Part shown: in pieces, positions 26,701-38,699 of the stretch
Position numbering within the stretch: position 1 is the stretch's first letter
How the letters are laid out: every line of letters starts with the position of its first letter
Origin: Marsupella aquatica
Taxonomy: Eukaryota; Plantae; Marchantiophyta
Direction of reading: 5' to 3'
DNA: 64,000 nucleotides
NCBI GenBank assembly: GCA_973895155.1
Contig: OZ316891.1
Coordinates: 2,595,324-2,659,323, forward strand
Notes under the pieces: generated by a model
The model's database searches: none
Told to the model about the DNA's origin: nothing
What the model saw: the letters and a program-made list of their open reading frames with translations, nothing else
Program-made: the position numbers and the translations under genes

Positions 26701-28461
26701 ACAACCAATTATTCCTAAGTGAGTATGAGTTACCAAAAGTCAAGCATGTATCCTAAACTCAGCAAAGAGGCAAAAGTACCACCCGCGTAGGGGTAGCCAA
26801 TCCAACCCGTTACGGTATGTAAAGTCTTCCCCAACGGGCCACAAAATTAGATGAATTGTTAAATTCTGACTATTTTCATCCATTCATCTAATGTGGTGGC
26901 CTGTTCCTATCCATTTCTCTAATATGGTGGTCGAGAACTCGTGTTGGATGTCTTATTTCATGAATTCATTTCAAGACATTGTAAAAATGATAAAAATTTC
27001 ATTATTGTCCGTCACTTGCTAGAAACCGAAGCTTGGATGGACTTGAAGGTTGTCTTCCATCATCCCCATGGACTGTGACACATAAACTAAGCATTTTACA
27101 CCTAATGATGAGAAAACCTAGGTAATCAATGTCCTAATTAACTGTTTACGTACATTTCAAGTATGTTAGGAGACTCTCTACACTTGAAAGTGAGCTGAAA
27201 ATATGTGTTGAATGAAACAAAGGTTTACATCTAGTAGTATATTTGAAATTGTTGAGACCTTTGTGACAACAAAGGACTGGAAGCGCTTATTGTAACAAGA
27301 GCAACACTCTTTGAAAAATATCATTTCTTGGAGCTCTGCAGTGGGAAATTTAATTGAAGCCCTCTTTGTGAAAGAGCATTGCTCTCCGAAAAATAATATT
27401 TCTCAACAATACCCTCTTAGATTAAAATCTGAGATAGCTTTGTTGCAGAAAAATAAGTCAAACCTCCCCTTAACAAAAGAGCAATACTCTATGGAAAATA
27501 CAATTTCATCTCAAGAGCAATGCTCTGTGAAAATCAAGATTTGCACCCAGTTTTCCTAGTGGAAATTGTTATATCGGTTCACGGGGAATGTGTTGCTTCT
27601 TGCCCCCTTTTGTGGGATTTTTGCAATCTATTATAAATATAAAATATTCTTGAGAAAAAAATTGAATTAATTTTGCTTTTGCTCATTGAACAAACTACTT
27701 GAGACGCTAGAGTAAATTGTGAAGAGCTTAGTCTATATAATTTTATTACCATGAACGCCAGATAAGGCATACAAATAACTAAACATATTTTACATATTTT
27801 ATGATTTTTCATTGAACTAAAAAAAGGGTAAAGTGACTAGCTTGAGGGAAAATGATATTAAGAGAATACAACTATGCTTGCAATCAATGATAAGGTTGGT
27901 ACATGGTATCCTTGGACAAAAATATATATAGAGGTGATGCTTTGACAAGGTACTTTTGGAGAGGTGAACAAAAATGATAATGTGACATGATATTTTGGGG
28001 GACAAGTGTAACAAATAATATCCAAGCATCTACAATTATAATAAGGGATCCCGTCTTTTTCATCTTTGGTCACCATACAAAAAAGCTTATGGGCGGGAAA
28101 GATCCACAGCCGTTGAATTTGATTAGCTATTTTTGCTTACCATTGATGAGAGAAATGTATATCCCTATCACGTATTTGATTCCCGCTGCCCCGTAATGCC
28201 CCCGACCAAACCCTATGGGCCTGCCCTCCTTGCAGAGTGCAAAAGAGTGACATAGGGCTTGTATATGTATGTTTGAGCCAAATCCATCCAAGTTTGGTTT
28301 GTCCACAGGAGCTTCGTAGACAACATATGAGTCTATCTGGACTTCAAGTTACACTTGCTGCTTAGTATATTTTCGTATATATTGAAATTTCAGAATCCCC
28401 AAGCGAGGCTGACATCAGTGGCTTCTCACTCGGGATAATAATTATGCATACCAAACGTTAA

Positions 28462-28635
28462 GGTCGTCCGGGTAGTTTTTAGTATTTTGGGGCTTTAGGC
28501 TGCTGACACGTCAGCACATTTGGCCTTGATTATTTTCCATTAAAATACACCATATTTTAATACGGTTTACATATGGTCTCCCACGCAGGGAGATATTCAA
28601 AGTGGATTAATCAGTGTTAAACCACCCAGACTACC
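28462..28635. mobile_element. TTAA-flanked MITE with GG...CC termini (Kolobok-like signature)
   Basis: TTAA|GGTCGTCCGGGTAGTTT...AAACCACCCAGACTACC|TTAA, an imperfect TIR. A related palindromic element follows at 28651-28767. Confidence 0.55.
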
Positions 28636-28650
28636 TTAACGTGAAGCTAA

Positions 28651-28767
28651 GGGCGCCTGCTCACCTCTTTATGCGTGTATTTGGTCTCCCGCATATGGTC
28701 TCCCCGCATACGCGGGTCGACCATATACGGTCGACCGAAATACCTCATAAAGAGGCACCCGGCGACC
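28651..28767. mobile_element. Related near-fully palindromic element (fold-back)
   Basis: CCTCTTTATG/CATAAAGAGG, GTATTTGGTC/GACCGAAATAC and ATATGGTC..CCGC/GCGG..GACCATAT arms pair around ~28710. Flanks are CTAA and TTAA. Confidence 0.5.
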
Positions 28768-29343
28768 TTAACTATATACATAAAATGCACGAGGGGTTTA
28801 GGGCACCTCAAACTCGAGGTGATTCTCTATTTTTCGGGGCATTATAGCACACAATTTTTATATCCAATGCCGGAGTCCCGGAGTGTTCCGGGCGTTGTAT
28901 CCCACAATTTCTACATACACGGGCGGAGTGTCATCAAGCACCGCAGCTTACGCGCGTGTAATTAATCAAAGTCAACCTCCACTCGATTAATTAAGTGGGA
29001 CGAAGGTGAGGTTTTGAATTTCGAATGTTTGAATTCAATTCAATTCCGCGCTCCCCATCCAATGGACATGGAGTCATGGAATGGTGCTGCTTGCATGCGC
29101 CACGCATCATCGCCTACACCTCCTCACGCCAGTAATGTCCTGTACGGCACGCACCCCGTACCTATGCCGCGACTGTACCGTATCCAGTGCCTCCGTGGCG
29201 CATCCTCGTCACCAAATGCGTCCGCCAGGACGGTGTAACGCTCCCGATGTACCAGAGTGTCCCAGTCCTCGGACCCGGCCCCGGGTCAGGTGGCCTGTGG
29301 CCAGGTGCACGTTCGTGAGTTCGCCCGTGCGGTTCTTACACAT

Positions 29344-29539
29344 TACAGTCTGCTCTTCGTAAGTGCACGCTCCGGGAAATAAATTAAGTACGAAAAGCAA
29401 TATTGATACTAATTAATGTTTATTAATATTGATTAACTTTACAGTTCTGCTCTTCATAAGTGCACGCTCCGGGAAATAAATTAAGTACGAAAGGCAATAT
29501 TGATACTAATTAATGTTTATTAATATTGATTAACTTTAA
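29344..29539. repeat. ~97-bp tandem duplication
   Basis: TACAG..CTGCTCTTC.TAAGTGCACGCTCCGGGAAATAAATTAAGTACGAAA... occurs twice. Confidence 0.9.
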
Positions 29540-29728
29540 GTAGCTTGCTCCTGTGGCCTGTCTGATCTGATTATGCGGATAAATATCAAACGTGAGTGCA
29601 TGATGCCATACACTAACCCCAGGCTCGGTGGGTAGAGCACTCGGGAAAATTCGTGGTTTAAATCTTGTTGGCGCAAAGTGTACGAACATTCACCCAAAGG
29701 GTTTTCTTAGTACTCTATAGACAGTTAG

Positions 29729-29906
29729 GAGGTATTTGCTTGATTGACCCCAAAATGAAACTTGCTATTTGGTTGACCCCATGAGGTCTATCAACTGTCT
29801 AGATCTGAGATCGAAAGGTCCATCAATGATCCAGATCGAGGAAAAATATTGAGAGGGTTGATTAAGTAAATTTTTTCCAAAAGGGGGTCTACTAAGCATA
29901 TCTCTC
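29729..29906. mobile_element. Mutator-like MITE (family B), 9-bp TSD
   Basis: Imperfect TIR GAGGTATTTGCTTGATTGACCCC...GGGGGTCTACTAAGCATATCTCTC. Perfect 9-bp TSD GACAGTTAG (29720-29728 and 29907-29915). Confidence 0.8.
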
Positions 29907-30526
29907 GACAGTTAGAGAAAACTTGGACTGAGCGTGCAGTTATGGACGAGAGGCTCTTAATGGGAAGAAGAAGATGGGTCTTGCACACACATGTGATTTA
30001 CACTAAGTAATAAATGAACATTTTCAGAGTTTGCACTTATTTCTAAATCTCATCCGCACAATCTTATGTGTAAATCTTATGATCTATTACAAAATCTTAT
30101 GGATAAGTGCATGCCATTTTTATGTAGAGTTAATGTTCCACTTATGAGATAGTTAACTAGGATCACAGTAGGGATGTCAAATCTGAGGGATGTACAGTAT
30201 ATGCTTTAGGGAAGGGGAGATGACAATCTAGTAACAAGAGAAGTCCTCTGAAGCCATCGGCCAGAAACCTAATATTTTAGATCAAGAATATTCTTAGCAT
30301 CTTCCCTTTAGACACACAAAAAGAAAAAGAAAACTTGAGAATTACTCTTGAACATGAAAGTATTTAGTAAGCAAGTGCTGTAAATAAAAATAGGTATTGC
30401 AGACTTAACATGATTTAGATAGATATGAAACCAGATCTACATATGCTTTATTTCCATAAAAAATGTGCATACTATTATGCATGGGCCTCTAAGAGTTGAT
30501 TCTTTCAATGTTACACATTCCATGTT

Positions 30527-30800
30527 GATTGCTTGATGAGACCCCAAAATGAAACGTGTTACTTGGTAGGATCCCTGAGTGATCCAGACCGTTGATTGAC
30601 CTCAAATCAATGTACCCAAAACGTCAATGTCGTATCAAATAATGCAATTAGTTTTGGGGTCTCATCAAAACAAATCCCTCTTCCCTGAAGGAATTTGCTT
30701 GATAGACCCCAAAATGAAAAGTGTTAGTACCCCTGAGTGATCCAGACCGTTGATGGTTGAATCAATGTACCCAAATCCTCAGGGTCCTATCAAGTAAGGC
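30527..30800. mobile_element. Two further family-B MITE copies, back to back (~30527-30680 and ~30687-30800)
   Basis: Both begin TTGCTTGAT..GACCCCAAAATGAAA and share CCCTGAGTGATCCAGACCGTTGAT...AATCAATGTACCCAAA. The first ends GGGGTCTCATCAAAACAAATCCCTC. TSDs are unclear. Confidence 0.7.
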
Positions 30801-32128
30801 AAATAGAACGAGAAAGAGATTTTACCCTCTTACTGCAGTATGGTTTGCACTTATGGAATGTGCACTTAAGAGAAGCCGACTCTACATTACACCAGATGGA
30901 ACGAGATTTCCTAGTCGTGTACGTTTATGCTCATCGTCGATTCCTCGAGAGAGTGTGAAGAAGTCGTCTTCTTCCTCTCTGCCAAACTCTCTCAGAGATC
31001 ACCTCTAGTCCTGATCGATCAACCCTCGTCCTCCTCCATCTCCCACCACGAAAAAGCTTGGAGTCCTGATGAATTGTGGAGTGGCGATTGAAGCCGTGGA
31101 GGGAGCAAAACAGATAGACCCATTTGGGCAGTCTCGCGTTGATTTTGCGAAATTCTGTGTTCCCGCGACGGACCTCTTGAGTGCATCGGGAATGTGATGA
31201 TCAAGGATTACCGCCTCTTCTCCTTCGCTTCGCAAGGTCCACGAGTTCCCTTTTCGACTGAGAGCAGTGTGGTGGAGACCTCTGGGTGTTTGCGTGAAGG
31301 GCAATCTAAGCGGCGAGATCGATTTCTGCACTGTCGCTGATTTGCGAAATTCTGCATCCGCTTACTGTTGTCGGATCGCCTTGTTTTCGTCGGGAATGTC
31401 GTGATCGATGGTTACCCCGGTTGCGTCAGGAGGTCTTCGAGGTCTGTGTAGGACTGAGACCCTAATTTCCTGCGCTTCCTGTGGCATCACATTGTTTGGG
31501 CGGGCTTGTGCTCGAAATTGATTTTCTCTTCGTCCTTTAGTCCTTGCTATCGGACGAGAGCTGCATTGTGTTCGTAGGAGGTGGAGTAGCACAGATTGAA
31601 GGACCAGCAATTGAAGAACCAGCGGGAGCCTGCAATTTTCTGATGTAAGCCATGAGTTTCTCCCTCCTGCTACCGTACTAAGTCTTTAATGCTGAAAACA
31701 ATCCAATGTGGAAATTGAGTGCATCCAATTTGGAAATTGAGCACTCGGCCCCGATTCCGACTTGGACGTACTAACCTTGCTTCTGTTGGCATTGCATTAT
31801 GAGGAGCAGGCGCTGGAACGCACACAAGGCTGTTCAGTAATGGGAAAATTTTTAGTTCCGCATCGTTGGGTTTCGAATTAGCGTTTGCGTAGTGTAGGGT
31901 ATTCCTCGAGAATGGGATTCTTCGATCGATTTGGATTGGAAGAAATTGTTCCGTGTGGCGCTGTGAATTTGAGACAGCGCCACCACAAGTGAGGAATGAG
32001 GGTGGGGATGCTGCCCTGTCATGTCCACTTGGAAGTGAGCCACGGACTGTGTCGACCAAGGCCTCAGGTGCAGTTCTATGACTAACGCAATACATTCCGT
32101 GAGATCGAAATTGTCCAAATTGAGGGAA

Positions 32129-35100
32129 ATGTCGAACGGGCCGCTGACCGCTGAGCGTCAGGCCGAGTTGCTGAAGGACCGAGGAAACAGTTTATTCAAG
32201 AAAGACCGTCTCGGCCCGGCAATTGAAGCCTACACCGAGGTTTGTAGTTGCATCCTACTACATAATTTTTTTCTTCCACCCCACCCAATGACGGAGAAGG
32301 CGTTTCATGCTATCTCGACTGGATGCTTCTCATTTGCATTTCTCATGGAATAAAATTGCTAGCACAGTGAGGATTCCGCTGCCGGTGTGGTCATTGGCGG
32401 ATAATTTTTGCCAGTGTTTCATTTGCTGCCGAGCTCAGCTAACATATGGAACCATACATCCAATTAGGGTCTGTCAAGTCTAAATTCCCATTTCTACATG
32501 AGTCGGAAATTTGTTCTCACTCAAATTAGGAGAACTTCATGCAAACGGTGAGATTCACCTTAACGTGTGTATAGAGTGTTCAAAAGTTTTCTTAACCTTA
32601 GGAGTTCCACGCACTTGTCGTTCTCACTCTTCGCTATCTGTTCTTCTCTCTCCTTGAAGACCATCGAAATTGCGTTAAAAGTTATATGTTGTGTTCGAGT
32701 CTTTTAGACTTCAGTCAGCCTCTAAGATGAAGAAAATGCAAACGATAGTAGCTGATGTGTCTGAACTCCCTTGATCATGAGTAGAGCACAATTCCACTCT
32801 CACCGAAAACTTTGCGGATGATTTCAGGTCTTATAGAAATGTAAGATGTGTATTGAGAGACAATTTACCACCAAATCTCGGTTTGAGAAGTGCGAGGGGA
32901 TATGTTTTTCTCATGATAAGATGCTGCTTGGTCCTTTGGTGTGTATCAGAGATTTGCCTGTTTAAGCTAAGCATGTTTTGGGGGCTTTTGGGTACAGGCT
33001 ATAGCATTGTGTCCCCGTATGCCTGTCTACTGGACAAACCGAGCGCTATGTCATCGCAAGAGAAAGTATGCTGGACTGTCGACACTTTTCTTAGAACACT
33101 GCTTCCCGGCTTCATTGCATTCGCTTTTCAATGGCTTTCCATAGTTGAACTCTGTTGATGGAATGGATTCAGCGGGAAGTGCTTGACCCAAGTTCTTAAT
33201 ATCTCAACGGAAGTCTCAATGACACCGTACCTTATGCTGCCAATAGGACTCAGTTTTCAATTGTACTCACTGGAGAAACCTCTGGATTGTTTGTGCAGGG
33301 AGTGGAGGCAAGTCGAGTCAGATTGCCGGAAGGCGCTTGAGCTGGACTGTGATTCTGTCAAAGTAGGCTGCTTTCTTTTTGTTAACGATATGTTTCACCG
33401 AGTTCTCGTTTTGAAAATAGATTTAACCGTAAAAACCCTCTATTTCTAGAAAAGCCTGGCCATTCCCTGTCAGTATTTAGCTCTGTTGATATTAACATTC
33501 AGGGCATCTTTGAGAAATCGGTGGATCAACATAGACCTACTTGACTTGCCCTCTGTGAACCCTTTAGCCAAATTTCAGGGCAAGACTTTTAATAAATTAA
33601 GCTGGTTGCAGGCTCATTACATGCTGGGACTCTCATTGATTCAACGTGAACTCCTCGAAGAATCGATTGTGCACCTTGAAAGGGTTCTTTACCTGTTCCT
33701 TACCTTGATCTGTATTTGAACGATATTATTGGAATCCTCGCTGGTGGAAATCTGAAAGGATTCCTGAGAAACGGACAAATTTTGCGCTTTTTTCGATAAG
33801 CTTTGGTTTCATTCCTAACAATTTTTCCCTTCTTTGGCCGTAGGCTTTGGACCTTGGCAGATCGGGAAAGCCGGGGAACTACATGGTAGAGGAAATCTGG
33901 CAAGAGCTTGCTAAAGCGAAATACATACAGTGGGAACAGCGTACCAAGACTAGACAGCAGGAACAAGAAGAGTTGAGGTGAGTGTGCTTATGACCTCTCT
34001 TGCTTTGGAAGGTGATCAAGTTTGAAGCTAACTTGAAAGGTTCTAGAGTAGATCTCAATTATCCCAGTTTCTTGTCTGATCAGTAGACCTGATCTCTGAA
34101 TGCACTGCAGAGAAGTTTGTGAAAATCTTCTTAGAGAAGACCACCAGCGCCGGTTGAATGAAGCTTCGAGCAAAACAACATCCTCTAAAGGTGTGGAAAT
34201 TGATGGCGTTATCCATCTGGATGATGAGGAGACTGTCTCTGGGAGCACAGAAGCTCGAAAAATTGAGCCTGACTCTAAAATTATTGATGAGCAGTACAGT
34301 AGCCGCCTTCAAAGTCTTAACGAAGTATTCAGAAAAGCGGGTGCACACGATCATCCAACTGAGGTGAGTGCACATTATATGCATGTTCAAACTTGGTGTG
34401 AAGGCTGAATCTCCGTAGATGCAGAGTTTTACTTACTTGGATCCTCAAGCATTTGTCACCAGCACGAAGTCTTAGAATCTACCTAGCAAACCAAAATTTC
34501 TTCATCAAGCTTTAAACAAGTATTAAACATGTGTTTGGTACTTCCCAGGTTTTCTTCTCACTGCGTTTAGCCATTCGGCAAACATAACGAGTAGAGCTGA
34601 ATATGATAGGGTAGGAAGTAGCCTTTTGCTGCTGCTTGAAAGGGACAGGACGCAGATCTACTTTCTTTTCCTCTCTCCAATCAGAATTATGTATCAAAGA
34701 ACTACGTCGCAATCTAGGGAGACAACTCTGTCTTTCGTTGAGTGAACTTCTAGAACTTGTTTGGGGGTCATCCTGCACGTAGACTTACGTGTTCTTCTTG
34801 CTAACTTTTGTTAAAACTTCAGATCCCAGATCATTTGCAGTGCAAGATTACAATGGATATATTTAGAGATCCTGTCGTAACCCCAAGCGGTATCACCTAT
34901 GAAAAGGCTGCTCTACTGGAGCATCTAAGGAAGGTAACAAATGTTTAATCAAACTGCTGCCGATTTCGTTGTGCATGCATTGCGTGGGTTTCAGTATTAA
35001 GAGGTTTTGACTCACATCATGACATATTTGTGGAAATTGGCTGTGGTTGACCTACAAATCGTGTCGCTAATCTGCAGGTGGGGAAATTTGACCCAATGAA

Positions 35101-35200
35101 TCGAGTTCCGCTGCAACCTGAGCAGATTGTGCCCAACTTGCAACTTAGAGAAGCTTTACAGACTTATCTACACGACCATGGATGGGCCTACCAGTCTTAG
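32129..35200 (+). CDS. CHIP: E3 ubiquitin ligase CHIP (TPR + U-box), 8 exons
   Basis: Exons at ~32129-32239, 32998-33065, 33299-33362, 33612-33683, 33844-33977, 34111-34363, 34823-34933 and 35078-35200. TPR: AELLKDRGNSLFKKDRLGPAIEAYTEAIALCP..VYWTNRALCH. U-box: IPDHLQCKITMDIFRDPVVTPSGITYE...GKFDPMNR...PNLQLREA...HGWAY. Confidence 0.95.
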
Positions 35201-37269
35201 GAAATCGTGTGCAACTTGCATTTTTACGTGGCAAATGTTCTTTGTGTCAGAAGCACCTGGCTGTCATGAAGCTTTTTCACATGCGATGTAAATTCTAGAC
35301 ATCTTTCCTGTTGTTTTCGTTAGTCAGGATGATTGTTGTCGTGAGGTGACTATCAAGGGGGAGAGAGCCCGAACAGAAGGGCCACCTGAGGATGGGGAAT
35401 GGAAGCCTTGCAGATTATAAGGCAATTATACAAAGGAGGTGTTGTAGACTCCTTCGGCCAAATCCACATGATAGCCTCTAGTTGCTGAGGTTGGTATTTT
35501 AGAAGTAAAACCGCCTGCCGATGAGCAGATGGGAACATTTTTTCAGCGCACCCTGTGTGCTTGTAAATCATTTAAACAGAGAATCCATTCAATTTAGACT
35601 CAACTGAAATTCTCGTTCTACCCTGCCTTCGCGATGAGCCATCTCTATGTCCAAATCGATCTCATTTCGGTAATCTGTTTTGGAAAAATCATTGTAGTAA
35701 TCATCGTTGCGTTAAATGTGATTCAATTAGAATATATGTCCAAGAATTTGCCTGCAGATTATGCTGCTATCGACTGGGTGGACTAGCCCACCCAGGCCAA
35801 AGAGGCCAAAAAAGACCACTTAAAGTTGTGTAACCTACTGTAGAAATGAAGCTGGTACCCCCGCAGGCAAAGTCTAAAGGAGGAGGGTCATCCAACTGGA
35901 AATTGAGCTAGCATTTTGACTTCCTGTTGTAATTATGAAATTATTCTCTTGTGAGGCTTACCAAGTTCTATGGGAGCGCCATCTGACTTTGCGCAATTAA
36001 AAAGATATATTGGAATGAGCTAACAGATTCTTGGCGTGAGCTAAAGAGAGAAATAATGGATTTAGAATGAAAAGTAGAAAACTATAATTTCAATAATCGA
36101 GTGAATAGTAAACAAATGGAAATGAGCCGAAAAGTAGAAAACTATAATTTCAATAAAGAGTGAATAGTAAAGTAAACAAATGAGAGGACAATGAGTGAAA
36201 ATCCTCACTAATGACATTTTAAATTGAAAAAGAGAAAAGAATCCATAGAAAGAGAATAGTAAAGGAATGACAGGGTAATGACTGCAAACATACATTAAAC
36301 GAGAAAAAATAATCAGAGACTCTAGTTTGATTCTTAACTTACACTCAATTTGCTTGAGCAAATGTGGGTCACTTTATTAGCAAAAGCCATCTCAAAACTT
36401 TAGAGTACCAATCCAAGTTTTTGTTTTGCATGGACAACATAACTTTAGCAATTCACAAGATTGAAAAAAGTCTACTGCATGGAGAACGCAACTTCAACAA
36501 TTTGCAAAGGCTAAAACAATGTAAGTCTATTGGTCAATCTCCTTAACCCTCCTTAACAAGTCACATTTCATTGGAAACCAATACTTAAAAGGACGCATCA
36601 GATAAAGCTTGAGTGTATTATTAAGTTTATTGATGAGCCAACTTTGCATGACATATTTTGGGCTAGGGCCTCCACAAAAATATGTAATTTAGTGGTCTTT
36701 GCCACATTTCGCTCTACCTAAGCGAGCCTCTGATGGTAGTATGTGTGAATTGTTGGAGTATCAGTTATTTTGATGTCTCCCCCAAAAACAATTTACACAC
36801 AAACTCCCAAAGAATTTATTGACGATGAGACAGTGAAGATTGAAAAAAAAACCAAATGTAAGTTGAGCCAACACATCAAATCTGCCACTTCGCTCACTTG
36901 TAACGTATTGTCAGATAGCACTAAGTATTTCAGTAGTCTTCATATCATACCAACTATGATTTAGGTACGAAACTATAGCTAGAGTACCGTACAAGAGACA
37001 GCATACTTGATTACATAGGATTGATACACATACAAGAGAGAACACAATGGGTTATGAACCTCCTAAGTATTAGAAATCCTTAGATAAAAATTGTGATCTA
37101 CTTGAGCACCAACTTCTATGAAATCACTCGATCTAAGTATGGACTTCCAACTTTCTAAGTATAATGACTTGCTGAACATGGGAATCTATCTAGGATTCAG
37201 GTTTCTCCATCTCAATATCAACCTGCTTAAGCCTCCTTTATGTTACAAAACATTGTCCATCAAGCTAAA

Positions 37270-38440
37270 CTGATCAGATGTGGGCAAGCCAAATGGATCA
37301 GTGTGGTGGTCTATTTGAGCATCAACTTCCATGAACCATTTGAGTCGAACCAATCCTAAGTGATGAGTGTATTACAAAGCATTATCCATCACCGATCAAA
37401 GATGGTTCACTACCTATCCAAGTCCCTTTGGGGGGTCACTATATAGAGAAATATATATCATGTGCAATAGTTTGGGTTTTTCATGATTCTCTTTATGCTA
37501 GGCATTTACTCTTGGGTTTAGAGTTACGATTGTACTTATAGTTAGGCTAACCTTAGTCCCAACTTTTGTAAGTTAGTTGAACTATACACTATATACACAA
37601 GTGGGTATTCGTCTGTTTGGAGAAACTCAGGTTCATTGTTATGGAACCAGTTGAAAGATAGGAAAAACTTATGTTGCAGAGATTCAATATAACCAATGCA
37701 CATAGACTAAAGTAAACTTCTTGTGTGTTTCCATTAACATAACCTCACCTCGGGTGAATCACATATCTCTTTGTTTCGACTACTTGTTCGTTAGATATCC
37801 ATGGGCGTGCCGTTGCAAATGTAGTCTTTACTCAACACTTGAATCATTCTACAACGCCGATCATAAAATGACACATGTATTTTTCAATTAGAAAATCACA
37901 TATTTCCATTGACATCCTACTAAAGTTTTTATTAATTGGTTAAAATAATATTATATTTTGTTGCACTTGATGTGTCCTTTTTGTGGAAATGAATCTCCCA
38001 AGCCAAGTCCATGAATTTGTTGAGCCAAACCAATCAATTGGTGGTCTATGGAAACCTCAACTTTTATGAACTGTTTGATTCAAATTGATTGAACATGGTG
38101 GTCTATCCAAGTCCATGAACCAGTTTGAGCCAAACTGATGAAACTCGGGGTGGTCTATTCAAGCATCAACTTCGATGATTGACCTGTTTGAGTCAAACCA
38201 ATCAAACAGACTGATCTATCTGATCAAACGTGAGGGTCTATTCAAACTCCTATGAACCACTACTTCAAACCGAGCCAAACCCATCAATCTTGGTGGTCTA
38301 TCCAAGTCCACGAATTGTTTGAGCCAAACCGCGCAATTGGTGGTCTACTCAAGCCTCAACTTGTATGACCCGATTGAGTCAAACCGATCAAACGTACTGG
38401 TCTATCCAAGCGTCAAGTTCCATGAACCGTTCCATCCGAG
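37270..38440. repeat. Degenerate ~55-60-bp tandem array (GGTGGTCTATCCAAGTCCATGAACC.TTTGAGCCAAACC), interrupted
   Basis: GGTCTAT/GAGCCAAAC units repeat densely at 38000-38440, with scattered copies from ~37270. Confidence 0.8.
37426..37490 (-). mobile_element. Terminal fragment of MITE family A, opposite orientation
   Basis: GGGGGGTCACTATATAG...TATATCATGTGCAATAGTTTGGGT resembles the reverse complement of the 3' end of 23499-23743. Confidence 0.6.
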
Positions 38441-38699
38441 CATCATCGTATGATTGAACCTCGTCCCTGTTACGAAGCGTTATCCAGCATCGAACCAATT
38501 TTACACGAATGAAAGGTCCGCACAACTTTCCATTCATCGCCAATTTACACGAAAGGTCCCCACAAAGAAGTTGCTCCATCACCGGAGACGATTCCCAATT
38601 CCAGCTGAGTTTGCAGTTCCAATCTTTGCAATACAGGACCTGATTGACTGCTGCTGAGCTTGGAGTGAAGGACTCGTCCATCGTCGTCCTGAGAACGGT

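Noticed and set aside
29621-29675. tRNA-like A/B box remnant (GCTCGGTGGGTAGAGCAC...GGTTTAAATC)
   Set aside because: It cannot form a cloverleaf; at most a decayed SINE head.
31192-31265. Possible C/D snoRNA (GTGATGA...CTGA)
   Set aside because: The putative guide matches remembered 25S rRNA only with bulges, and the paralogous repeat lacks the C box.
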